A stretch of 63,641 nucleotides of DNA, filler included, from Octopus bimaculoides (taxonomy: Eukaryota), in the NCBI RefSeq assembly GCF_001194135.2. It is 7 parts of 6 records of this genome, joined end to end, with 100 filler letters (N's around TTAATTAATTAA, not from the genome) between each part and the next. Parts side by side here need not be neighbours in the genome. Positions count along the whole stretch, not along the records: positions 1 to 21,760 come from NC_068981.1; 6 more parts are not named here. One strand, written 5' to 3'. Below are positions 1 through 12,654 of the stretch, one piece after another; the first letter of the stretch is position 1, and every line of letters starts with the position of its first letter. Both the position numbers and the translations under genes were made by a program. The notes beneath the pieces are model-generated. The model saw only the letters and a list, made by a program, of their open reading frames with translations, searched no databases and was not told the DNA's origin.

Positions 1-750
1 CTTCTATGCGTCTGAGGCTGTCCTCAAATTTACCTTCCTGCTTTGCGGTATTTGGTGAACGGTATGTTAAGCATACAACTGCATCAATTTGTTTTATGTG
101 TACTATTAAAGTATCACATACAGAGTTTGAGTGTGATAGTAGTAGTAGGGGTGTGACATCTTCTCGGATGTACATTGCAACTCCACCATGACTTCTATCC
201 CTTCTGTCTGTTCGGAGTACGGCATACTCTGGTATATTTATCTCCGCATATTGCTTGATTGCATGTTACTAGGTCTTTCAAGTATAGGAACTTGTCTTTG
301 CCGCCTGTTCATAATAGACCCCGGATATGGGTGTGATATCCGTGCAGGGGTTCCTGGTGTTAGCGGTGGCCATCCCTGATCCATCATCTGTGGTGGTCTT
401 GGACAATGGTTCGTGTGGCGTTGACTCTGTACCCTCTGTTTATGTATGATAAATATAGAAGGTCCAAAATAAATGACGGATTGATCAATAGAGGAATACA
501 AACGTCAACCTTCAAGATGGCAAACCACCTAAATCGTGTAAAAATTCCTTATACCTCCAGGATATAACATAGAAATGATGTAAGATATCTAGGTTAAGAA
601 ATACATAAATAAGATGGGATCCCAAAATAGGAGAGTGTTCCATCTACGGCCATTTCAGGGGTAAATTACCGGTCATGGTTAAAACTTAAGTATTCCACGT
701 ATGCAATTTCCCCATCATCAGGATGATGAATTCCTTGGTGATTGCCATCG
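1..750 (-). mobile_element. 5' part of a decayed APE+RT non-LTR retrotransposon (CR1/L2-like group): start of the apurinic endonuclease plus upstream ORF1-like region; runs off the window start
   Basis: The minus-strand translation of ~240->1 reads IPEYAVLRTDRRDRSHGGVAMYIREDVTPLLLLSHSNSVCDTLIVHIKQIDAVVCLTYRSPNTAK. This contains the APE endonuclease R-x-D-R...GGVAxYI motif and the downstream YRSP motif. Upstream is a Pro/Gln-rich stretch (ORF 238..501). The left boundary is solid; the 750 boundary is approximate. Confidence 0.85.
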
Positions 751-991
751 TACTTATATTTATTTATTTATATTTTCTTTAACCTTGATATCTTGCGTCA
801 TTTCTATCGTATATCCTAGATGTATAAGTAATTTTTAGACGATCTAAGGTCTATTTTTCAACATATTGGCATAGAAACTGTTTTCGTTTGCCCTTAATTT
901 TATTTGTTTGTAATTTTAACCTTAAAAGATATTTTTAAAATATGTGGCCACTGATAAAATATTTTGAAAAATTTCCTCCTCATGCTAGAAG

Positions 992-1420
992 TTAATTAAT
1001 TAAGTAATTAATATAATTAGCATGATAAAACTCTTGTTGCCAACTACTGTCTTTCGATTCCATTAAAATGTATGTTGTATTCTTTGTACATAGTAAAAGT
1101 GCATTGATATTATTTACATGAAATCGTTTCCACTGATGTAGATATATTTCGAGGTAGCATAATTTCTGTGCAATAGTTATGATGTAGCGTGGTGTAGTTG
1201 CATAAGAAGCTTTCACGCAAATGGGATCAAATGTAAATATGTGTGATACTTTACAGCATTCAAGAAATTCTTGCTTTACATTCAATGATGTTGCGACTAT
1301 TGTAAAGCAAGCATAGAAATGTCTTTGTGTCAATGCCAAATAAATACTTGCAAATCTTTTATCTGTTTCTATCGCTCGTTCCAACGAAAGGATCTGCCAA
1401 TATTGCATACTTAAATATAT
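992..1420 (-). mobile_element. Possible highly decayed hAT (Tip100-like) transposase relic
   Basis: Minus-strand frames give YAILAD, VKQEFLEC, CVKASYATT and YLHQ..FHVNNIN in the order of the hAT motifs ILADE / EEFLGF / CRGQxYD / YxHCxxHxLNL. The matches are loose and spread over two frames. Confidence 0.25.
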
Positions 1421-3687
1421 CTAATTTAACTGAGAATTATGTATTTTGAACGTTGAGACAATTAAATATCACTCAATGAATTTATTCATATATCTATGCT
1501 CAGCAATTTTTTTAGCTATTATAGAGCTTAACATGGATCAATATGGAAAATGTCCCTAATCTTACATTTTCAATGGATATTTGAATGCATAAACGGCTGA
1601 AAGGGGAGGTGCCATACCTCTATTTGGTTCCTAAATAGAAAATACGTAAAATTATTCAAGTGATGATATTGCTCACTGCATTATTTTAGTAGGGAACACA
1701 TTTTTTGCATCCTCAGAATGTTTGTCAAAAAAATACTTATTAAACACTTTCTTAACCAGTAGCATATATAATAGTTTGACAAGTGTTCAGAATGTAATCT
1801 ATGTCATGACATACAACTTCCTGAATTACGCAAAGGATGTAAAGAATATATAAAGATAGATTTTATCGAAATTGATTTTTCGATGCTTTCAGGTTAGGTT
1901 AAATGTTTTGTCAAATACGGTTGTCATATTTCCAATAAGAAATATAATTTTCGAGAATATGCTTTTTGCTTAGGCAAAATGAAAGAAGTCATTATTGCAT
2001 TTAAAGGATGAAAAATGTTTTAAATGTAACAGTATACCCTCCCTTGGGGAGATGCGTAGGCAATAAATGAAATATATATTTACTTGTCAGGTTATAGGCA
2101 TTAGTGTTCCAAAAAATGGGTGACAAATATTTCATGTTGAAATAAAAACAACATCAATGAATGAGGATACACACAACGCACATTTGCACACAAACACAAG
2201 CACTTCGAAATACACACATGTATATAAATACATAAATATATATCGATATAGATAGATAGATAGATAGACATAATATATGTATGTATGTATGTGTGTTTGA
2301 GTTTCTGTGTGCCCCAGCACGGCTGAAGTATAATGACTGAAACGAGTAAAAAATAACCATATTATATAAACTCCCACCCATATATGTATATATGTGTGTG
2401 TGTGCGTGTGTGTGCGTTTGTTTGTGTGTGTTTTGTGCACGCGCGCTTGTGTTTATGTATATGGAGACATATTTTTATGCGTAAGACACGGTGCTTGCAG
2501 ATGCAGCAACCTTGATGGATATCAAACTGGTGCTCTTCCATTCATGAAAACCTACTAAACTAGTAATTAGTTAACATGATCACGAATTTACCGCTGAACT
2601 AAGAGGCGAAATATTTAGAGTGCCGGATTGGACGCTTAATTTTTCATTGTGCATCTAAATATATCGACACACATTCATACGCACAAAATATATATTTATA
2701 AATATAGATTATTGCAAAGACATCTATTAATTTCAGAAAACAAACATATTGGCTGTACATAAAGATCTATGATCATTTTGCCCACCAGTTTTGAAGAACT
2801 TCATTTTCTGTGGGGTATAGAAACAAGGAAGTTATTCACCAATCTGCAGCAAGAAGCTTTGTATAGTTTCTCAGAAGTAGGCCAGATGCCAACAGAAGAA
2901 TGAGATCCAAGAAAAGTTACAAATTATCTACTCAGGCGAGGAATTCAACCATTCGCACCGATATGAGAGCATGTAATAGTCACATTTGTGTGTATACATG
3001 TATATGTGACAGTGTATTTTCATGGATGAGTTCATGAACCTTTGTTCTTTTCCCTAAATCTATATATTTATATATTTTATACTGTGAAACTTAATTTAAT
3101 TTTAATTTTTAATAAATTGATTTTAATTCAGTTTTTACTTGTAATTTTGGAATTTTATCCCTAATATTATTNNNNNNNNNNNNNNNNNNNNNNNNNNNNN
3201 NNNNNNNNNNNNNNNNNNNNNNNNNNNNNNNNNNNNNNNNNNNNNNNNNNNNNNNNNNNNNNNNNNNNNNNNNNNNNNNNNNNNNNNNNNNNNNNNNNNN
3301 NNTTTTATTCCATTTATTGTATTTTACAAACTCATTTAATCGTTATATTTATAGATAAATTGATATATGGTGTTCCATTTTGCATGTCCTTTATCCGAAT
3401 TTTATTAATATTGACTAAGCAATTTTTAAATCGTTGTTTGTATATATACGTTAGGACCTAGAAATGTTGTTATGTGGACATCTGTATTTAGGCATGTATA
3501 TGTATTTGTAGGTGTGCGTCTGTGTACATTTGTAAGTAAGCGTGCATGTTTATACTTGTACACATATGTACATGGATGTATATGTATGCATGCATACGTT
3601 TGTATTTGTGTGGATATGTATTTACGTGCATACTTCATATATTTATATAGGTGATCTTATATGTGCATTTATGTGCTAATATAAACT

Positions 3688-3755
<68 letters not shown>

Positions 3756-4835
3756 TGTGTGTAATTTTATTCTGTGTACGTTCGTAACACCTATTCCGTC
3801 ATCAATCTCTCTTTTTCTTTCCTTACGCAAAGTATCCTTCCTCTCACAATTCGTTATTTTGACAGCGTTCATTTTCTCCTTTCCCCTTACTTCCCTCTTT
3901 CTTTCGCTAGCTGTTATGGTTGTCTGTTTCTTTCACCCTCCCAACGTTTAATATATTCTTCCTATCTCTCTTGTCTGTGATAAAGAACTTGTATATGTAT
4001 GCACCAAGACAATTTTATGTGCGTCCATGTATATGTGTGTATGTGTATTTCAGCGTATATTTTTGTCTTACATATATATGCTTGTATATGTATGTAGCTA
4101 TGCGCATACATCTGTGTATTGTGATGTATATATGTATATTATAGATGGTCTAGTAAGGGTATATAGTTTTATAAAATATTTATGTAATGCAGCGTGAAAA
4201 TTTCAATTTTAATTTTAATGTATTGACTTATATTTCGTATATAATTATTTACAATATGTATTTTGAATCTATTCTTCGATTTAAGGCTTTCTTCGATTTT
4301 ATAATAGGATGAATTTATATTGAATTCATCTATCTTGTTCGTTGCATGCTTAAGATCGTTAATTGAAACGACCAATGAAACAAATCCATTTTTAAAGGTG
4401 TATCCTTTAACTAATTTTGATTATATCGTTATTTCTGTTCCATTTTAACAAAACTGTCAGACGATTAGGAACGTGAAACTCTGAGAAACAGGTCTTGTTA
4501 TATTTCTGCTGCTTTAAAATAAAGTATATAGTAGTGCATATACACATTTATATATATATATATATATATGTGCGCGCGCGTGTGTATATCTATGTCCACA
4601 CCTTTCTCTCTCCGATTCAGCAGGTCCCCACTAACACTCTAGCTAGTACAATAAATATCTTCGTCTATTTTTAGAAATAGAATTGATCATCTATTGTTTC
4701 GAAAGGCCATGACTTTATTAAAGTTGGTTAATAGATAACTGATAACATATACAACAAATTAGGAAAAAATATATATGTAAATAAATATATATAGACCATA
4801 CAACAACAACAGTTNNNNNNNNNNAGTTTGATGAA

Positions 4836-4888
<53 letters not shown>

Positions 4889-5249
4889 GAGAATTTTAGG
4901 TTCAAGTGACATTACTAAGTGCATATTGTTTTAATATACTGCATATAAAAGATAAGTTATTACAAATTTATTAAGAAGAAAAACAGTATATAATATTACA
5001 TGTATCTGTTTAATCAGGAACATCATTTTTATATTTACGAAACCATACGTGTAACATATGGTTAAAATTAAACGTTGGAGGTTATTCGAACCAAATTCAA
5101 ATAAGGGACAAAATACCAAAAGTGACCGTACAAGTTGTTTCACTAAGTTTTTGTTTATCGCTAAAATTATGCTTAAAATGTATTCTCCTGTAGAGTGCAT
5201 TAATTGTAATTATGCATGCAACAGTGTTTACTTACTAAATTATTGAAGC

Positions 5250-5558
5250 AACTCAATATACATCCTTTTATATTCTCTTTTAATGAACGAACTCAATATA
5301 CATCCTTATATATTCTCTTTAATGAACCAACTCAATATATATCCTTATATATTCTCTTTGAAGGAACCAACTCAATATATATCCTTATATAGTCTCTTTT
5401 AATGAACCAACTCAATATATATCCTTATATATTCTCTTTGACTGAACCAACTCAATATATATCCTTATATATTCTCTTTGAATGAACCAACTCATATATA
5501 TCCTTATATATTCTCTTTCAATGAGCCAACTCAATATATATCCTTATATATTCTCTTT
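5250..5558. repeat. Minisatellite, 8 copies of a ~40-bp unit
   Basis: Unit AACTCAATATATATCCTTATATATTCTCTTTGAATGAACC starts at about 5250, 5290, 5329, 5369, 5409, 5449, 5489 and 5528 with few substitutions; the last copy is truncated. Confidence 0.95.
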
Positions 5559-7015
5559 TACATATATTCCTACATATTACTAAATTGTTGTTATTTATCG
5601 CTAACATTATGTTTAAAATCTACTTTCATCTGACAAAATGCTTCAAATGCAAGACTACGTAATAGTGTTAAGTCACTAAATTCATAAACCCATCAGTCAT
5701 TCAGTCCTTTAAAATATTTACCTGTCTATTTATTCAGTTAATTACTTTTAATGTTATATTTAATAGGTGTGGTGGTGGTGGTGGTGGTGGTGTGTTTTGA
5801 GCTATAAATAGAAAGAATGGAGGCAACTCTGATAATTATTGAGGTCTATAATTATAAACATAATATACTCAAACATTTAGGTCCATTATTCAATCGACCA
5901 ATCAATATATTGGTTTATAATGGGGTTGGGTATCAATGTCTCTATCAATATACATAGACATGCACATACAATCTATACATACATACATACGTACCAAAAT
6001 ATAACTCCCAGACAGACAAATTCTCGCAACCACAAAGGCAAAATGAAAAAATAACGAATTCACTCGGCTTTGATTAATTGCATACGCGTTTCAGGATTAA
6101 AGTGGTGTAAATTGTATTACCCGAACTTATTTCCTTCGCCAGTGCAATATTTCAAAATTATAAATCCGAGAATGCTAATAAAATAATAGTTAATTCGATC
6201 AGCCAACATCAAAACGATTATCCAAGAACAGCATTTCCGCATTCATATAGACGAGTAAGAAAATCGTATCATTATTCAATCTCCCACGTGCGCTACGAGT
6301 AATCCCGCAGAAACTGCAGTTTACCATCATATATATATATAATATATAATACTATTTATTATTTATTATGTATATATATATATATGTATATATAACACTA
6401 TCTGTATCTGTCTATATATATGCATGTATATATATATATATACATCTCTGCATACATATTAGCGTATGTGTATATACGCCAACACGAAAAGCACGCACAT
6501 ATTTCTTCATATCACAAAACACTTACATTTATACATATGACAAACTTATGTCAATCTCCAGATCATAGATGCACAGAGATGATTATTGCACGAAATACAT
6601 GTCTTAATGTTTCGTATTAATGAAAATATTTACGTAAATGTATATAGTAATGAAAAAATTACGTGCGAGTATGATACAGAATAATTGATTATAAATCGAA
6701 CAAGGATTATTTTGTTTTAACCATTTTCTTTGATCGTGAATCATAGTTTATATGTGTTATCTTCTCTATAAACGTCTGTGTATGTAATAACATTTTAAGC
6801 AAATCCCTATCATGGAAAGGAACATAGCATTATTCACATTAAATATCAATAAAATGAATCGATTGATGATCGGAAATCCGCACGTATGATACGTAATAAT
6901 GTCACGATACACTTGGCTGCGCCTATCTATGCATATTTTAATGTATTTGTGAACGTACACAATGATTTAGCCGGTTAATATACAGTGCTTGTAAAAGTAT
7001 TTCACTACTGTATAT

Positions 7016-7020
<5 letters not shown>

Positions 7021-7097
<77 letters not shown>

Positions 7098-7100
7098 GTA
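7021..7100. repeat. Compound (CA)n-(TA)n microsatellite, representative of dozens of (TA)n, (CA)n, (GA)n, (TATG)n, (GATA)n, (ATT)n and (TAG)n tracts across the window
   Basis: Direct reading. Other large tracts: 3690-3752, 24440-24730, 25865-25980, 33120-33190, 40200-40370, 47165-47232, 51020-52560, 58575-58698, 61200-61300. Confidence 0.98.
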
Positions 7101-8054
7101 TACATATATATGTGTACATATATAGTTAAAATTTACAGAAAACAAAGGAGAAACCCAGGTGAATGGAGAACAACTAGGAATATCAGATTATCGCCCAGGA
7201 TAAATAGGAATCATTGACATTTGGAGCTACGGCTCTTCGACAGAAATGATAGTGGGGAAAGCCCTATCCGGCTAGTGTCCCTTATGGATAGGATTCCGTT
7301 CAACATGTTGTATTGCAACCATTTTTCAGTCTGGGTTTCATCGGGTACATCCATGTATAAAGCTGTGTCTCGCCAGATATCCTGAGGTTAGGCTGTCATG
7401 TGGTTATATGCCCGTCTGGTAAGGGAATGAAACATTGCTACAATTTTCAATTACGATTATCTTACCATAATAAGAATTGCTAAGATTTGTAAATATAGAC
7501 AAGTAACTATTTATTAAAAAAATCACCCTCGTTTTGAGGTGGAAGTAAATGGGTGATCATGGATGGATTGAGTTACATTAGGTTTCAGACAAAGGAATTG
7601 TAATAGAAAAAGGAATGGAAAGATATGTATGCATGGTAAAATATCGGTTTGGCGAAAGTTTGTTTATTTCGCTAGCTAGCATAGTTACGAATGCTTATAT
7701 ACATATTCGCACACACCCGCTTTTATATACACTCACATATATACTCACTCGTATATACACAGTCGCACATACGGTCAGTTTCGGATTCAGTTCGAATAAT
7801 TTATGTTTGGAAGACCACTTCACCCCATATCTGTCATCGCAGTCACCACAAGACTACGGCAGCACGCAGAGTCTGACTTACTCAATATCTATATCACCGA
7901 GAGTAAATCACACATTCTACACCTATATATATATACAGACACAGCGTCTACTTTCAACGTATAGGTTAGAAAATTACTTTCCATTCCCATAATTGCAATT
8001 ATATATATCTCGCATCGTCTCTGATGAAGGGTTATCTCTAATATCTCAGAAAAG

Positions 8055-8102
<48 letters not shown>

Positions 8103-8861
8103 TTATATGTGCATGTATGTATCTGTCAATCTATCCATCTATATATGTATATTGTCTCTCCCTACCTCTGTTTATGTCTTTCCCTATCTATGCATCTATC
8201 TTTCTATCCCTGTATCTACCTATTTATGTATCTATTTATATGTATGTACATACTTATGGAGGTTGTTTTTAAGACTCAAAGCACATTAACTTCTAAGACG
8301 CCAGCTATGGCTAGGGTAGATTACGTAGATTTCAGGGAAACAAACCAACTTTTATTTACTTCAAGTGCTGGATGAATACTGTACATACGGAGATACCATA
8401 TTAAATGTATGACCATAATTCTTACTCACGAGTGGATCGTTTCAGTGACCTGGTTATAAAACAAATGTAAACAATAATGGCGTTTAAAATTTACGAAACA
8501 TGCTATTACATTTTATGCAAACGTAAATATTACGCCATATTTAATCCACCATCATCAGGTGAATTTTTAAAGTTGTAAGCGTATAAACAGGTAAAATTTT
8601 AAACATCGACCAGCACATAGTCCCCATTTGTTGGATGCATTCAAGGAATACCATTATAAGCGAATTAAACGGCGTGGTCTAAAGTATGGAATTAGCAAAC
8701 AACGATAAGAGGACATAGAAATGTGCAATGAGAAAATCTAATTAAACATGCATAAACTGACATTACAGATATAAATACACAAATAAATGAATACGCACAC
8801 ACACACACACGCACACATATATATATAGTTTTTACTCTTTACTCTCTCTCTCTCTCTCTCT

Positions 8862-9045
8862 TTTACTTCTTTCAGTAATTTGACTGTGGCCATGCTGGAG
8901 CACTGCCTTTAGTCGAGCACATCGAAACCAGGACTTATTCTTTGTAAGCCTAGTACGTATTCTATTGGGCTCTTTTGCTGAACCGCTAAGTTACGGGGAC
9001 GTAAACACACCAGCATTGGTTGTCAAGCGATGTTGGGGGACAAAC
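8862..9045 (-). mobile_element. SINE family B, 3' half (rest lost in the gap)
   Basis: Shares GGACTTATTCTTTGTAAGCCTAGTAC..TATTCTAT and CCGCTAAGTTA.GGGGA.GTAAACACACCAGCAT.GGTTGTCAAG with the copy at 27354-27500 and, as reverse complement, with 62660-62845. Confidence 0.85.
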
Positions 9046-10423
9046 ACACACACACATACACATGTATANNNNNNNNNNNNNNNNNNNNNNNNNNNNNNNN
9101 NNNNNNNNNNNNNNNNNNNNNNNNNNNNNNNNNNNNNNNNNNNNNNNNNNNNNNNNNNNNNNNNNNNNNNNNNNNNNNNNNNNNNNNNNNNNNNNNNNNN
9201 NNNNNNNNNNNNNNNNNNNNNNNNNNNNNNNNNNNNNNNNNNNNNNNNNNNNNNNNNNNNNNNNNNNNNNNNNNNNNNNNNNNNNNNNNNNNNNNNNNNN
9301 NNNNNNNNNNNNNNNNNNNNNNNNNNNNNNNNNNNNNNNNNNNNNNNNNNNNNNNNNNNNNNNNNNNNNNNNNNNNNNNNNNNNNNNNNNNNNNNNNNNN
9401 NNNNNNNNNNNNNNNNNNNNNNNNNNNNNNNNNNNNNNNNNNNNNNNNNNNNNNNNNNNNNNNNNNNNNNNNNNNNNNNNNNNNNNNNNNNNNNNNNNNN
9501 NNNNNNNNNNNNNNNNNNNNNNNNNNNNNNNNNNNNNNNNNNNNNNNNNNNNNNNNNNNNNNNNNNNNNNNNNNNNNNNNNNNNNNNNNNNNNNNNNNNN
9601 NNNNNNNNNNNNNNNNNNNNNNNNNNNNNNNNNNNNNNNNNNNNNNNNNNNNNNNNNNNNNNNNNNNNNNNNNNNNNNNNNNNNNNNNNNNNNNNNNNNN
9701 NNNNNNNNNNNNNNNNNNNNNNNNNNNNNNNNNNNNNNNNNNNNNNNNNNNNNNNNNNNNNNNNNNNNNNNNNNNNNNNNNNNNNNNNNNNNNNNNNNNN
9801 NNNNNNNNNNNNNNNNNNATATATATATATTTCTATTTTCATAATATCGAGGTCTCGTTCTTTTGTTGTCATTTTTATTATTATTAATTATTATTTATTA
9901 TTATTATTATTACTAAACAAGTGTCTACCCCGGCGATACTTCTTGATCTCGCTTTATTACGATCGAGCTTGTGGGTTTAACAATAATTGTTACTTTCCTA
10001 GAAATGAGTGCGGCCTGCAAATATAGCTAATACTTGTAATATTAATGTCCACATACATTCTGGTTATATAATTTTAAGAATAATATTCCAAGCCATCATA
10101 ATACTTTATGCTTGAAAAATACATATTGTCTATGAATGCAATGTCCGAACTTTTCCGACAACATTTACCGAAATTGGCGCAAACAGAAATGAATCTCAGC
10201 GCAGAGAATATAATCATTTTCAATCTTCTTAGAGGCGTGATAAAGCTTAGATTATATCGCTCACTGAAAAAGATTGGAGAAGAAAAATGTTGAGTTCTAT
10301 ATTACGTAGACCATAATAAAGTACGCTGCACTGAATTATTGGAATTCCTGCAATGATCTGTCAGCTTAAACCTGTCAGCTAAGTTAAACGGGATTCGCTT
10401 CTAGTTTGTGGCTTCATACTAAC

Positions 10424-10486
10424 ATAATTGGAAGCAGTTATCCAGTCTTGGAAGTGTTGCAATGATTCTCTAAACTGCATTTCCGT
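10424..10486 (-). CDS. Candidate 63-nt internal exon, phase 0-0, TEMQFRESLQHFQDWITASNY; protein unidentified
   Basis: Minus strand has a long pyrimidine tract and AG acceptor (tttgtttctatcatttttcattctttggcag), then 21 open codons, then the donor TAT|GTTAGT. The other two frames contain stops. No neighbouring exon was identified. Confidence 0.35.
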
Positions 10487-11372
10487 CTGCCAAAGAATGA
10501 AAAATGATAGAAACAAACGATTTAGAAGAAAAATAAATATGGTTATATTATGCCTAATTTGTTCTCAGTCCTCTTCGCGGTAAAGCGTATCACATTCATC
10601 TTTGACGTAATGAAAAATATGCAATATTTTATGTATATCTGTGACCATTGTAACACTCACCATTAGGAACGAATGGAGATTTCAGTCATAACTGAATTAT
10701 TCAATAACAATTTTATTGCTATTAAACGCTGTAAATGATGGTGACAATATGTTGAGTGCCATGAGAAGTTGTCACTTTTTTGTTAAGTAGGTACAAAGTA
10801 ATGATTTTTATCATTTCCCCCCCAAAAGATTCAATTTACCAGGAAAATCTGATAAATTGTACAGAAGTAAAATGTAAACCTCACTTGAGAGGTAATGAAA
10901 GTGAAGTTTAAGACTACGTCCATGCTTTTTGTTTGAATGAATTGAAAAAGGCACTTTCACGTAGAGACAAGTTGCATGTACACCAAGCTACATCACAGTA
11001 ATCTCAGGTTCATTATCCATGCACACGGGCACTCGCATACATAAACATACACACAAAAACACAGACACACAAACGTACACAAATATACATTTATGTATCT
11101 ATCTGTATATGTGCATGTGTGTGTTTTTGCATGTACGTACGTATGTATGTATTTATGTATGTATGTATGTACGTATGTATGAATGTATGTATGTATACAT
11201 GTATGCATGCATGTATATGTAAGCATGGATGCACATAAGTTTATCAGTCTACTGAATTTTACTGGTTTCTAAACTGCTGCCTACAATTATAAATTAAATA
11301 AAAATCGAATATCGCGTAGACATACGTAATGTAACTTTCACACGTTAGCACTCCTCTTTACGAAACTAATCC

Positions 11373-12510
11373 TTAGCAGAAAAGTTCACAACTCTTCTAC
11401 TTTACATTAGGTATGTAGATGACATTAATATGATAGTTAAGACCAACTCTAGTAACAGTAATGCAGAAACCGAAGGGAACATAATAGAGAGCATCCAGAA
11501 TGTAGCTACCTCCATCTACCAAAGTATCAAGGTAACTATAGATTATCCCAGTAGGCACCACAATAACAGACTTCCTGTCTTTGATACTGAATTTTGGGAA
11601 GAGATTATGAACTACAAAATGCAGCTCTTCCACTTCTATTACATGAAAGCTATATGTTCGACATATGTTCTTCACATAGCTCAGCATTGTCTAACATGAA
11701 ATTAACATACTGATAGCAGACTTAATTAGGGTAATAAACAACATGCCCCCACTATGCATCCCTCTGAAATGAAGGAATATGTAACAGAGCTTCAAGCGCT
11801 GCATGTAATTATCTAGACATGATAAGAAAAGTAGGGTTCAAGTATACAGGGTTGGTAGAAAGAAGTTAGATAACATTATATGTAATGATACCAGGGGTAC
11901 CTGCCCTAGACATAGAAGCAACGACTAGAATAGGAAACAAATATATTGTGACAAACAAACAGGGTCAACGCGTGGTATAAAACCGATAAATATCAAAGAG
12001 TACTGTTTATAGAGGCGACAAATCATGGAGAAATAGCACGTAGATTTAAGTAAGTTCTGCAGTAGACCAACACAACATTAAGATTGTTGAAATCGAGAGC
12101 GATCCATCAGATCACAACTATGTAGGACGTACACCTTTGAAAATAACATATACACCAATGATAACTGCATGGTATGTCGGATTAGTCCTGGAATTAACTA
12201 TAGAACTAGAAATATAGTCTACAGCATAAGATGCATAGAAGGTGCTTGTAAAGACAGGAACATGAGATACATAGGGAAGACGTCCACGAGCATTACGCAA
12301 AGACCTAATGAACATTTGAGACAATATGACGACAAAAAAAAAACAGTCCACAATACTCAACCAACATGCCGAGGACCAACATGGAGACAACCTGGATCAA
12401 TTTGACATCTGCATTTTATCCAAGCAGATGACCCAACACTCAGAAAAATACAGCAGTACTTCCTCATAAATGAAACATCCCCAGTGCTAAATAGGAAATA
12501 TACGTAGCAG
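11373..12510 (+). mobile_element. Penelope-like retroelement (Neptune-type architecture), 3' part: RT catalytic and thumb region, linker, GIY-YIG endonuclease; frameshifted
   Basis: LLLYIRYVDDINMIV with YVDD at 11412-11423. Then TIDYPSRHHNNRLPVFDTEFW..FYYMK (PLE RT C-terminus) and WYK..KYQRVLFIEAT. At 12169-12330 C..C...RTRNIVYSIRC...C....RYIGKTSTSITQRPNEHL is a GIY-YIG motif. It ends with HAEDQHG..FD..IL..DDPTLRKIQQYFLINETSPVLNRK. Confidence 0.92.
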
Positions 12511-12654
12511 ATAATCACACTCATATACCCAAATTTTATATTTATGTATAGGTAGAATAGTTAGTGGGCTGTTATGTAGATAGATGTATGTATGTGTATG
12601 TATGTTCATATATCTTTGCACATATATGGAGGTATGTGGATCTTCCAGATGTAT

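Noticed and set aside
2588-2605. ACCGCTGAACTAAG, resembling the 5' end of 28S rRNA
   Set aside because: Only ~14 nt match and the flanks show no rRNA similarity.
5250-5558. CRISPR-like appearance of the 40-bp array
   Set aside because: The units are directly adjacent with no unique spacers, there are no cas genes, and the context is eukaryotic.
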